From: Candidatus Margulisiibacteriota bacterium
Lineage (GTDB): Bacteria > Margulisbacteria > WOR-1 > O2-12-FULL-45-9
Direction: 5' to 3'
Assembly: GCA_034723395.1 (NCBI GenBank)
Contig: JAYEOW010000040.1
Location: forward strand, 8,424 to 72,423
Length of the DNA: 64,000 nt
Part shown: piece after piece, positions 38,017 to 47,136 of the stretch
How the letters are laid out: each line of letters starts with the position of its first letter
Numbering within the stretch: position 1 is the first letter of the stretch
Program-made: the position numbers and the translations under genes
The notes under the pieces: generated by a model
Databases searched by the model: none
The model's input: only the letters and a program-made list of their open reading frames with translations
Told to the model about the DNA's origin: nothing

Positions 38017-39983
38017 TGTTTGCCGAAGTCATTCTTTCTAAAGTTACGCCTAAACTTGATCGAATTTTTCATTATGCGGTCCCGCAAGCGCTTGAAAAAT
38101 CCATCCAAATCGGGTCTCAGGTTGCGATCCCTTTTGGGAGGAGAAAAACCACCGGTTATATTGTAGGATTTACCAGGGAAAGTGATGTTAAAGGGATCAA
38201 AAATATCGATTCTGTTATTTCTGACGCCCCTCTATTTTCGGTAAAGCAGGTTGCTCTCGCCCGGTGGATCGCTGATTATTACTGTTCGTTTTTTTCTAGC
38301 GCTTTGCAGTTGGTTATGCCGCCTGGAGGAAAGCGAAGGGCGTTAGCGGAGGCGAAGGGCGAATCGTTAGGTGAAGTGCGTAATGAGCTTCAATTAACGA
38401 CGGAGCAGAGCGTTGCGTTGAAAGAGATTAAAACCGCGATTGATGCCGGGCGCCCGGAAAAGTTTTTGTTGTATGGGGTAACGGGATCCGGAAAGACGGA
38501 GGTTTATCTGCAAACGATCGCGTATCTTTTACTGAAGAATAAGAGCTCAATCGTTTTGGTCCCGGAGATTTCGTTGACTCCGCAAATGGTCCAAAGGTTT
38601 AAAGAGCGTTTTGGCGAGCAAATCGCCGTTCTGCACAGTCATCTCACGCTGAAGCAGCGGGGGATCGAGTGGGAGCGGATCGCTACGGGAGAGGCGAAAA
38701 TCGTGGTCGGGGCGCGTTCGGCATTGTTTGCCCCGGTCAGTGATCTCGGCTTGATTGTGATTGATGAAGAGTATGAGAATAGCTATAAACAGGATAAGAA
38801 TCCTCGTTATCACGTTCGTGAAGTTTCCTTCTTTTTAGCAAAACAGCATAATGCTATCGTAATTTTAGGTTCTGCTACACCGTCGATCGAGACTTATTAC
38901 CAGGCGGAAGCAGGAGCGATTAAAAAACTGACTTTATCTAAGAGGATCGATGATCGAAAACTTCCTCCGGTCGAAGTTATCGATATGCGGCACGAAAAAA
39001 GATTTATTCTATCGCAAAAACTGAGGGATGAATTAAAAGCGACGGTCGAACGCGGCGAACAGGCGATCCTTTTTATCAACAGGAGAGGATTTTTTACCTT
39101 TGCGATGTGCCGTGAATGCGGTTTTACGCTGCAGTGTCCGCACTGTTCGATCTCGCTTACTTATCATGCGGGGGAGCGTAAATTGATTTGCAACCGCTGT
39201 GACTATTCAACGGATCCACCGGCTTTATGCCCGCAATGTAATAGTTCATCGATCACTTTTTTCGGAACGGGCACGCAAAGGATCGAAAAAGAGGTCGCGG
39301 ATAGTATTCCAAAAGCTCGAATAATTAGATACGACCGTGATTCGGTTGCAAAACGCGGTTCGCATGAAGAATTATTTAAAACTTTTGCTGAAGGGAAGGC
39401 AGATATCCTGATCGGGACTCAAATGGTGGCAAAAGGATTGGATATTGCCAATGTAACTTTGGTTGGCGTAGTTTCCGCCGACACCGCGCTTAGACTTCCC
39501 GACTTCCGCGCGGCGGAACGCACTTTCCAGCTCTTAACCCAGGTTGCCGGCCGCGCCGGCCGCCATCATCTTCCCGGGAAAGTAATTATCCAAACTTATG
39601 ATCCGGAAAACTATGCGATCCGAAGTTCGGCCAGGCATGGCTATGATGATTTCTACCAGGAAGAGATTAAGTACCGGCAAGAATTAAATTATCCTCCATA
39701 TTCGAAGTTGATAAATCTGATGTTTTCGGGAAAAGAGATAAACAAAGTTAAGAAGATAGCAGAAGACGCAAAGCAGTTATTATCGAACAGGATCAAGGAT
39801 GGAATTCTTGGTCCAGCGCCGGCAGTAATTACCCGATTGCGCGGCAGCTGGCGTTATCAAATTCTTCTTAAAGGGGAGAATTTGGAAAAACTGCGGGAAG
39901 CGGTTAATGGATCATTGGCGAAACTGATCATTCCCGTTGAGATTAGGTTAACCATCGACGTTGAGCCGATGGGGATGTTATAA
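38016..39983 (+). CDS. priA: Primosomal protein N'
   Basis: GVTGSGKTEVY, PEISLTPQ, DEE, four CxxC, QVAGRAGR. Confidence 0.97.
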   Translation: MFAEVILSKVTPKLDRIFHYAVPQALEKSIQIGSQVAIPFGRRKTTGYIVGFTRESDVKGIKNIDSVISDAPLFSVKQVALARWIADYYCSFFSSALQLVMPPGGKRRALAEAKGESLGEVRNELQLTTEQSVALKEIKTAIDAGRPEKFLLYGVTGSGKTEVYLQTIAYLLLKNKSSIVLVPEISLTPQMVQRFKERFGEQIAVLHSHLTLKQRGIEWERIATGEAKIVVGARSALFAPVSDLGLIVIDEEYENSYKQDKNPRYHVREVSFFLAKQHNAIVILGSATPSIETYYQAEAGAIKKLTLSKRIDDRKLPPVEVIDMRHEKRFILSQKLRDELKATVERGEQAILFINRRGFFTFAMCRECGFTLQCPHCSISLTYHAGERKLICNRCDYSTDPPALCPQCNSSSITFFGTGTQRIEKEVADSIPKARIIRYDRDSVAKRGSHEELFKTFAEGKADILIGTQMVAKGLDIANVTLVGVVSADTALRLPDFRAAERTFQLLTQVAGRAGRHHLPGKVIIQTYDPENYAIRSSARHGYDDFYQEEIKYRQELNYPPYSKLINLMFSGKEINKVKKIAEDAKQLLSNRIKDGILGPAPAVITRLRGSWRYQILLKGENLEKLREAVNGSLAKLIIPVEIRLTIDVEPMGML

Positions 39984-39989
39984 TTTGTT

Positions 39990-40481
39990 ATGATTCGAAA
40001 AATATTAAGATTCCCAGATCCAGTACTTCGCAAAAAAGCAAAATCGGTTAAAAGGGTTACACCTGAAATTGTCAAGTTAATCGATTCGATGCTGGAAACA
40101 ATGTATGCTGCTCCTGGAATTGGTCTAGCAGCTCCTCAAATTGGAGAATCGCTCCGCATTATTGTTACTGATATTGGAGATGGGCCGATTTCTATGCTTA
40201 ATCCAGAGATTGTAAGCAAAAATGGAGCCCAAACTATCACCGAAGGGTGCCTTTCAGTTCCTGGAGTAGAAGCGCCGGTTGAGCGGGCTTCCCACGTAGT
40301 TATAAAGGGGCTGGACAGGAAGGGGGAAAGTGTTAAAATCGAGGCAGCGGGGCTAATGGCTACCGTTTTTCAGCACGAAATCGATCACTTAGACGGGATG
40401 GTTTTTATCGATCGGGTAAAGGATCCGAGCTTGATCCAGCATGTGGCATTTAGATCAGAAAAGCGGGAGGAACTAATATGA
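39990..40481 (+). CDS. def: Peptide deformylase
   Basis: GIGLAAPQ, EGCLS, QHEIDHLDG. Confidence 0.98.
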   Translation: MIRKILRFPDPVLRKKAKSVKRVTPEIVKLIDSMLETMYAAPGIGLAAPQIGESLRIIVTDIGDGPISMLNPEIVSKNGAQTITEGCLSVPGVEAPVERASHVVIKGLDRKGESVKIEAAGLMATVFQHEIDHLDGMVFIDRVKDPSLIQHVAFRSEKREELI

Positions 40482-40861
40482 GAAAAATCAAAAATCCAAA
40501 ATCTAAAATCCAAACATGGTTAAATTATTTAATTATATTTACATTGTTGGGATTTGGGATTTTGTCATTGGGATTTAATGAAGCCCATGCCCAGACGGGG
40601 CCGCCGTACAGCTATCGTTTTCCAAAAGCTCCTGCATCCTGGGGGAACGCGGTGGATTTTGGTAACTTATCTCCCGGGTTTTTCCAGGTAATGTTCCAAA
40701 ACCGGGCGGGCATCGTCCGCATCGCGACCTACGGAATTGTCGGCGCGTCGATGGATAAACTGAGAGATCCGCAGCTAATGATGGTGTTTGCCTTCAATAA
40801 ACCAAATGTTGTGTCAGAAGAGATCTGGCTGGATAAAGAAGCGGTAAGCGGTAATGAATAG
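40478..40861 (+). CDS. Secreted hypothetical protein
   Basis: Signal peptide ending AHA; overlaps the def stop; SD GGAGG. Confidence 0.7.
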   Translation: MRKIKNPKSKIQTWLNYLIIFTLLGFGILSLGFNEAHAQTGPPYSYRFPKAPASWGNAVDFGNLSPGFFQVMFQNRAGIVRIATYGIVGASMDKLRDPQLMMVFAFNKPNVVSEEIWLDKEAVSGNE

Positions 40862-41099
40862 AACTTTATTGATAGCTTGCTGTTTCATTATTCTGCCTGG
40901 TGTGGTTTTTGCCCAGGCGCCGGAATTTAGATATGAACCACCTGGGAAAATATTGTACTGGGCGCCGCCTCCCGAATTTGTAATTACCGATAAGGAATGG
41001 TCTCCACCTCCCGGGTTTGAGGAGTATGCCCAGCCTTGGGGAGCGCCTCCCGATTGGGGAGCTCCAGAAGAGTGGGGGACCGAAACGGAGTTTGAATAA
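40854..41099 (+). CDS. Small secreted Trp/Pro-rich protein
   Basis: Signal peptide ending VFA; repeated W-(G/S/A)-x-P motifs. Confidence 0.6.
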   Translation: MNRTLLIACCFIILPGVVFAQAPEFRYEPPGKILYWAPPPEFVITDKEWSPPPGFEEYAQPWGAPPDWGAPEEWGTETEFE

Positions 41100-41104
41100 A
41101 GCAA

Positions 41105-43564
41105 ATGATGAGCGAACAGCCGGTGGTAGGGTATGTTCCTGCTCCAATAATAGAGCTGCATAGCGGGGTCCTTTTTAATGTCGCAATCGGATTATTGGTT
41201 TTTCTATGCTCCATATTTGCTGCCTGGGTAATTTTAACTCGCTGCGATAAAACATCCGGTAAAAATCTGTTCGTCTTGTTCCTTGCCTCTCTTGGCCTGT
41301 ATTGGCTGCTGATCTCGGTTGGTAATATTTACCAGTTTTTGAACCTGCTTGAATATATTCCATGGATAGCTTATCTGATAAAGGGGATTTCGATATTGCC
41401 GTTTGTTTTGCTCGCCTATTATCTATGCACGCAACTATTTGAAAATGAGTTCTTAGTCGGCGCCGGAACTTTTATCTATTTTCTGGTCTGTTCGGCCTAT
41501 GTTTATATGACTATAACTGTTGATGGGACAGCAAATACAGCGACTTATTGGGGAGTTCAATGGCAAGTTAGCGGGATGGCCCTTGAGCTATTTAGAAATG
41601 GATTAATCCTCCCTTTAGTGATTGCGGCCGGTTTTTTGCTCCTAGAAAATCTTTATTCGCTGGTCATCGAAAGAATCCCGGTAAATATTTCCCTCTATTT
41701 AGCCTCACTTGTTTTTATATTTGTAGAATTTATTCAAACCGGAGCAAAAGAGGTTAGCTGGGAGGGGGTTCTCTCCCGCCTTGCTTATGTTTTTATCGTA
41801 CTTTTAGTTTATATATATTATGTTGAAATGCAAAAAGGGAGTAAGTTTGTCGATCGGGAAGAAAATGTCGTCTATCGGCGAATGCCGCGGATACCCTATT
41901 TTGTAAAGTTATTGTTGATTTTTATTGTTATATCATTAATCCCAATTACGATTTCATCTTTGCTGATATTTGTGTCGTTTAAGGAGATCATAGACCTCTA
42001 TATCTATAAACCACTGCTTTGGAACTTAAAAGTATCGCGCGAGGCTTTTCTGGCCGCCCTTTCAAGCATTCAGATACAGGCGATTTTTCTTATGCTCTTA
42101 ACCGGGACAATAGTCCTAGTCGTCTCGGTAATCGTTTCGAGGTCAATATCCCGTTCTCTAGGGACGATTTCCAAGGGGATGGATAAGCTTTCCAGGGGTG
42201 ATTACAGCTTTAAGATACGCCGGGATAGCAATGATGAAGTTGGCGACCTGATCAATTATTTCAATGATATGTCGGCCCAGATCAAACGCTCCCGCGAGTT
42301 GGTCGAAGCTTGGAATAAAGAGCTGGAGAAGAAAGTTGCCGAGCGGACCGAAGATCTCAGGGCCTTATTTAACATATCAAAATCGATCGGGTCGAGCTTA
42401 GATATCGAATTACTATTTAGCAAAACAATGGAGCAGCTGCTGCCGATCTTGAAGGTAAATGTTTATGCCATGCTGATGGCAGGTGAGAAAGGGAGTTTTA
42501 CTGTCCGCTTTAGCCAGGGGGTAAAAGAACTTCCGGAGAAGGTAGAAGTGCAAACCGGTATCTTGGGCGAGGCCTGTTCCAAAAATGAGATCATCTTTTC
42601 CGAAAACGTTTTAGATGATCCGCGCTGTAAGGGCGATTTTTATAAAAAACTGGGACTGAGAAGTATTATTATTGTCCCATTACGGGCAAAGGGGAATACA
42701 CGGGGGATCCTCTGTCTGGGGACAAAAGAATATCACAAATTTTCAAAAGAGAGGGACGTAAACCTGCTTTCGACCATCTCTGACCAGTTGGCGATTGCGC
42801 TTGAAAATGCGGGGATTTACGAAAAAGAAAAGGCGGCGGTTGAAAGATTGACCCAGTTGGACGTAATGAAGAATGAGTTTATCTCGATGGTCTCCCACGA
42901 ATTAAGGACGCCGATAACCGCAGTTGATGGCTACATTTCGCTCTTTTTAAACGGGACCTTAGGGGCGCTTACCGAAGACCAGAAAAAGTATTTAAGCATG
43001 GTCAAAGATAACGGGCAGCGTCTTTTAAATATCATTAACCGCCTGCTCGATTTTTCACTGATCGAAGCGAGCCGTTTTAAGATCGCAAAAGAGCTGGTGT
43101 CGATGGATGATATTTTATATACCGTTGAAGCGGTGGTAAAGCCGATAATTATAAAATATAAAGCAGAATTTAAGATGAATTTAAAAGCAAAAAACGATAA
43201 GTTTATGGGAGATCGCAATAAGATGATCGAGGTCCTGGTAAATTTGATCGAAAATGCCCTGAAGTTTACAGTGGAAAATGAAGCGCCCAAGATCGAGGCT
43301 TCCACAAAAAACACGGGAGATTATCTTCGGGTTGAGGTGGCAGATAAAGGGATAGGGATAGAAAAAGAGTATTTCGAGAAGGTGTTTAATAAATACTATC
43401 AGGTTGAGGATACAATGACCCGCAAAGCAGGGGGGGTAGGGCTTGGACTTGCCATTGTTAAAGAGGTCATTGCTGGTCATAAAGGAAAGATCTGGATCGA
43501 ATCTGGTGGAAAAGGGAAGGGGTCAAAATTTATTTTCGAGGTCCCTGTAGCGGAGAAAATATAA
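41105..43564 (+). CDS. Membrane sensor histidine kinase (multi-TM, HAMP, GAF, HisKA, HATPase)
   Basis: SHELRTP, NLIENALKF, D.G.GI, GGVGLGL. Confidence 0.93.
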   Translation: MMSEQPVVGYVPAPIIELHSGVLFNVAIGLLVFLCSIFAAWVILTRCDKTSGKNLFVLFLASLGLYWLLISVGNIYQFLNLLEYIPWIAYLIKGISILPFVLLAYYLCTQLFENEFLVGAGTFIYFLVCSAYVYMTITVDGTANTATYWGVQWQVSGMALELFRNGLILPLVIAAGFLLLENLYSLVIERIPVNISLYLASLVFIFVEFIQTGAKEVSWEGVLSRLAYVFIVLLVYIYYVEMQKGSKFVDREENVVYRRMPRIPYFVKLLLIFIVISLIPITISSLLIFVSFKEIIDLYIYKPLLWNLKVSREAFLAALSSIQIQAIFLMLLTGTIVLVVSVIVSRSISRSLGTISKGMDKLSRGDYSFKIRRDSNDEVGDLINYFNDMSAQIKRSRELVEAWNKELEKKVAERTEDLRALFNISKSIGSSLDIELLFSKTMEQLLPILKVNVYAMLMAGEKGSFTVRFSQGVKELPEKVEVQTGILGEACSKNEIIFSENVLDDPRCKGDFYKKLGLRSIIIVPLRAKGNTRGILCLGTKEYHKFSKERDVNLLSTISDQLAIALENAGIYEKEKAAVERLTQLDVMKNEFISMVSHELRTPITAVDGYISLFLNGTLGALTEDQKKYLSMVKDNGQRLLNIINRLLDFSLIEASRFKIAKELVSMDDILYTVEAVVKPIIIKYKAEFKMNLKAKNDKFMGDRNKMIEVLVNLIENALKFTVENEAPKIEASTKNTGDYLRVEVADKGIGIEKEYFEKVFNKYYQVEDTMTRKAGGVGLGLAIVKEVIAGHKGKIWIESGGKGKGSKFIFEVPVAEKI

Positions 43565-43565
43565 A

Positions 43566-44501
43566 ATGAAGATAGTGTTCATGGGAACTCCCTCTCCCGC
43601 GGCGGAGATCCTAACCAAGTTAATTAAAAAGAAGTACCAGATCCTTTGTGTGATCACCCAGCCCGACCGACCCAAAGGGAGAGGGCAAAAGTTATCTTTC
43701 TCTCCGGTAAAAGAGGTGGCATTAAAACACGGGCTTCCGATTGAGCAGCCGGAAAAGGTGAAGGGAGATAAGGCATTTGCTGCCTTTATTAAGGCGTTGA
43801 ATCCGGAGGCGATCGTAGTTGTGGCTTATGGGAAAATCCTGCCTAAAGAGATTTTAGAGATCCCCCAAAAAGGGTGTCTTAATGTTCACGCTTCTTTGCT
43901 CCCGAAATATCGCGGGGCTGCCCCGGTGCAGTGGGCGATCTTAAAAGGGGAAGAAGAAACGGGAGTAACAGTGATGAAGCTGGATGAACTTTTGGATACC
44001 GGGGACATCCTTCTCCAAAAAAAAGTTAGGATCAGTGAGGATGATACGACGATAACTTTGATGGATCGTCTTTTTAGTGCGGGGGGGAAGCTTTTGATCG
44101 AGGCGTTGGAGAAAAAAGTAAAGCCGACCAAACAAAATGATGCCGAAGCGACCTATGCGCCGATGCTGGCAAAGGAGAGCGGGGAGATCGACTGGCGAAA
44201 AAGCGCCAGGGAAATCCATGATCGGGTGAGGGCCTTGATCCCGTGGCCGGCCGCACACACTTTTTATAAAGAAAAATTGTTAAAAATATTAAAAACAGAG
44301 TTACATGTTTTGGATCTTGAGTTAAAACGCCAGGAACCCGGCACGATTATTGAGATTATAAAGAATGTCGGTTTTATCGTCGCTACGGGAAAAGGGGATC
44401 TGCTGATCAAAGAGGTACAACCGGCGGGGAAAAAGGGGATGGGGGCATATAATTTTGCTATCGGCCACGACTTGAAAAGTAACGAAACCCTTCCAAATTA
44501 A
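43566..44501 (+). CDS. fmt: Methionyl-tRNA formyltransferase
   Basis: FMGTP, TQPDRP.GRG, NVHASLLPKYRGAAP. Confidence 0.97.
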   Translation: MKIVFMGTPSPAAEILTKLIKKKYQILCVITQPDRPKGRGQKLSFSPVKEVALKHGLPIEQPEKVKGDKAFAAFIKALNPEAIVVVAYGKILPKEILEIPQKGCLNVHASLLPKYRGAAPVQWAILKGEEETGVTVMKLDELLDTGDILLQKKVRISEDDTTITLMDRLFSAGGKLLIEALEKKVKPTKQNDAEATYAPMLAKESGEIDWRKSAREIHDRVRALIPWPAAHTFYKEKLLKILKTELHVLDLELKRQEPGTIIEIIKNVGFIVATGKGDLLIKEVQPAGKKGMGAYNFAIGHDLKSNETLPN

Positions 44502-44516
44502 GGGAAAAATCATCCC

Positions 44517-44569
44517 TTGACACCCCAGATATGGTGTAGTAACCTTCTTGCACGCTCTAAATAAGGGGT
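44517..44569 (+). promoter_or_regulatory. nrdR-nrdD promoter with tandem NrdR boxes
   Basis: TTGACA 44517-44522; box 1 ACCCCAGATATGGTGT (44522-44537); weaker box 2 GCTCTAAATAAGGGGT (44554-44569), starts 32 bp apart. Confidence 0.75.
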
Positions 44570-44576
44570 TTGAGGA

Positions 44577-45032
44577 ATGAAGTGTCCATTTTGTCAAAAC
44601 ATTGAAGATAAGGTGCTGGAATCGCGTGAAACGGATGACGGAAACGCGATTCGCCGGCGACGTGAATGCCTGTCATGCAGGGGCCGCTTTACCTCTTATG
44701 AGCGGTTAGAAGAGAAGCCGATCTTGGTAATGAAGCGCGATGGAAGGCGCGAACAGTTTAGCCGGGAGAAGATCCGCAAAGGGGTTATGCGCGCCTGCGA
44801 AAAAAGGCCGGTATCCGCAGATGCGGTAGACAGTATGGTTGATGAGATCGAAAGGGATATCCACCGGGAGGCGGGGAGAGAGGTTCTTAGTTCTAAAGTC
44901 GGAGAGATGGTGATGGATAAGCTCCAGGCGGCAGACAAGATCGCCTATATCCGCTTTGCTTCGGTCTATCGAAAATTTGAGGACCTTTCAGAATTTATCA
45001 AAGAGGTAAAAGAAATTACAATAGGGGGATAG
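44577..45032 (+). CDS. nrdR: Transcriptional repressor NrdR
   Basis: MKCPFC, IRRRREC..C..RFT.YE, ATP cone, AYIRFASVY. Confidence 0.98.
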   Translation: MKCPFCQNIEDKVLESRETDDGNAIRRRRECLSCRGRFTSYERLEEKPILVMKRDGRREQFSREKIRKGVMRACEKRPVSADAVDSMVDEIERDIHREAGREVLSSKVGEMVMDKLQAADKIAYIRFASVYRKFEDLSEFIKEVKEITIGG

Positions 45033-45036
45033 TAAA

Positions 45037-47136
45037 ATGGAAGTACAAACCACAGTAAAACCAAAAATAAAAGATGACGCCACAGACCTGGCGTTATTTG
45101 TCAGGACTTCGGATGAAGATATTAAAGGTTGGAAGCGGAGTAAGATTGTCGACGCGCTGGTCCGTGAAACAAATATCGACCGCGAGATGGCTGATCTGAT
45201 CGGGGAAGAGGTCGAAGAGCAGATCAAGCGCTTGAACTTAAGAACGGTTACCGCTCCACTGGTTCGAGAACTTGTCGACGTCAAACTATTAGAGCACGGA
45301 TTAGAAGAGGCGCGCCGGCGCCATACCCGCCTGGGCCTGCCGATCTTCGATGTAAAGGAGATTATCCTCAACCAGAATAAAGAGAACGCTAATGTCCCGC
45401 ATGGGCCGGAAGCGACCAACTTAACCCTTTCAGAAGGGATTAAAAAAGAATTTGCCCTGCTTCATGTTTTTACCCAGGATATTGCCGATGCGCATATGCG
45501 GGGAGATATCCACCTGCACGACCTGGGTTTTATCGATCGCCCGTACTGCAGTGGACAATCGGTTGAATATGTCAAGAAATTTGGATTGGACCTGCCTAAC
45601 GCTTTGTCACAGGCCCGCCCGGCAAAACATGCTGAGGTTCTTTTGGCGCAAATGGTAAAGTTTTCTGCCGCTCTCCAGGGGGTATTTGCCGGAGCGATCG
45701 GTTGGGATGCGGTCAATATCTTCTTTGCCCCATTTCTGGTCGGGGCGACCGATAAAGAGGTCCACCAGCTCGCCCAGATGATGATTTATGAATACAGCCA
45801 GCAAGCAGTGGCGCGCGGCGGCCAGGCGATCTTTTCGGACATTAATCTCTACTGGGAGGTACCTAAACATTTTGAGAAAGTAAGGGCGATTGGCCCGGGG
45901 GGAGAATACACCGGGAAGACCTATGCCGATTATATCGAAGAGTCACAGCGTTTTGCATGGGCCCTGTTTGATGTGTATAAAGAGGGGGATGGATCGGGCC
46001 GTCCGTTCTTTTTTCCGAAACCGTTGGTCCACATGACCGAGAAGTTCTTTAAAACTCCGCGCCACGAAGAGTTCTTAAGGCATATCTCAGAGGTTGCTAC
46101 CGAGATGGGGAATACCTATTTTGTTTTCGACCGGGGAGATACCGCTAAGATATCCGAATGCTGCCGTTTATCATTTAAGCTCGAAAAATCGGACCTTGAT
46201 GACGCGGCAGAGCCGTGGAGGATGCGTTATTCTGCGCTGCAAAATGTTACCGTTAATTTGCCCCGCGTCGCTTTTAAGGCGAAGGGCTCAGAGAAAAGGC
46301 TGTTTGATATCCTGGGGGAAAATCTGGAATTATGCGCGCAGGCTCATATCCAGAAGAAAAAGTTTATCGAAGATATCCTGGAAAAAGGCCAGCACGGCCC
46401 GCTCTCGATGCTGGCGATGAAAAGGGATGGGCAGCGTTATCTTAGGATGTGGCGGGTAAGTTATCTGATGGGGATCCTCGGATTAAACGAACTGGTCCAA
46501 TCGCATTTAGGGAAAGAGATGCACGAGACGCCCGCGACCCTTAAATTCGGCCTAAAAGTGGTCTCTTATATGAAGATAAAATGTGAAGAGCTTTCCAAAA
46601 AATACAATATGCAGTTTGTTTTAGAACAGACCCCGGCCGAATCAACTGCTTACCGTTTTGCCAAGCTTGATATGGAGCATTTTCCGGAACAGGCCGATAA
46701 AGTTATAAAAGGGGATAAGGCGACCCGGGAGATGTATTATACGAACTCTACCTACTTTAACGTTTCCCACCAGATGAATCCGGTCGATCGGGTAAAACAA
46801 GAAGGATTATTCCATCCGTTGATCGATGCGGGGGCATTGACCCATGTTTGGCTGGGAGAGTCAAAGCCGAGCCCGGAATCAGTGGCTAACTTTGTAATAA
46901 AAACGTTCAAAAATACCGATAACGCGCAGATTGCCTTCTCTCCCGAATTTACCTCCTGTAATCAATGCGGGAAGATCTCACGCGGACTGAATGATAAATG
47001 TTCTTACTGTTCTTCAGATGATATTGAGGGGATCACCCGTATTACCGGATATTTTTCACGGATAAGCGGTTGGAACAAGGGGAAGCTCGGCGAGCTCAAA
47101 GATAGATTTCGCAGCCAGGAGTACTTTAGCAAATGA
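45037..47136 (+). CDS. nrdD: Class III ribonucleotide reductase, copy 1
   Basis: ATP cone, HLHDL...PYC, ECCRL, TPAES, YYTNS, CxxC/CxxC, RITGY glycyl loop. Confidence 0.96.
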   Translation: MEVQTTVKPKIKDDATDLALFVRTSDEDIKGWKRSKIVDALVRETNIDREMADLIGEEVEEQIKRLNLRTVTAPLVRELVDVKLLEHGLEEARRRHTRLGLPIFDVKEIILNQNKENANVPHGPEATNLTLSEGIKKEFALLHVFTQDIADAHMRGDIHLHDLGFIDRPYCSGQSVEYVKKFGLDLPNALSQARPAKHAEVLLAQMVKFSAALQGVFAGAIGWDAVNIFFAPFLVGATDKEVHQLAQMMIYEYSQQAVARGGQAIFSDINLYWEVPKHFEKVRAIGPGGEYTGKTYADYIEESQRFAWALFDVYKEGDGSGRPFFFPKPLVHMTEKFFKTPRHEEFLRHISEVATEMGNTYFVFDRGDTAKISECCRLSFKLEKSDLDDAAEPWRMRYSALQNVTVNLPRVAFKAKGSEKRLFDILGENLELCAQAHIQKKKFIEDILEKGQHGPLSMLAMKRDGQRYLRMWRVSYLMGILGLNELVQSHLGKEMHETPATLKFGLKVVSYMKIKCEELSKKYNMQFVLEQTPAESTAYRFAKLDMEHFPEQADKVIKGDKATREMYYTNSTYFNVSHQMNPVDRVKQEGLFHPLIDAGALTHVWLGESKPSPESVANFVIKTFKNTDNAQIAFSPEFTSCNQCGKISRGLNDKCSYCSSDDIEGITRITGYFSRISGWNKGKLGELKDRFRSQEYFSK

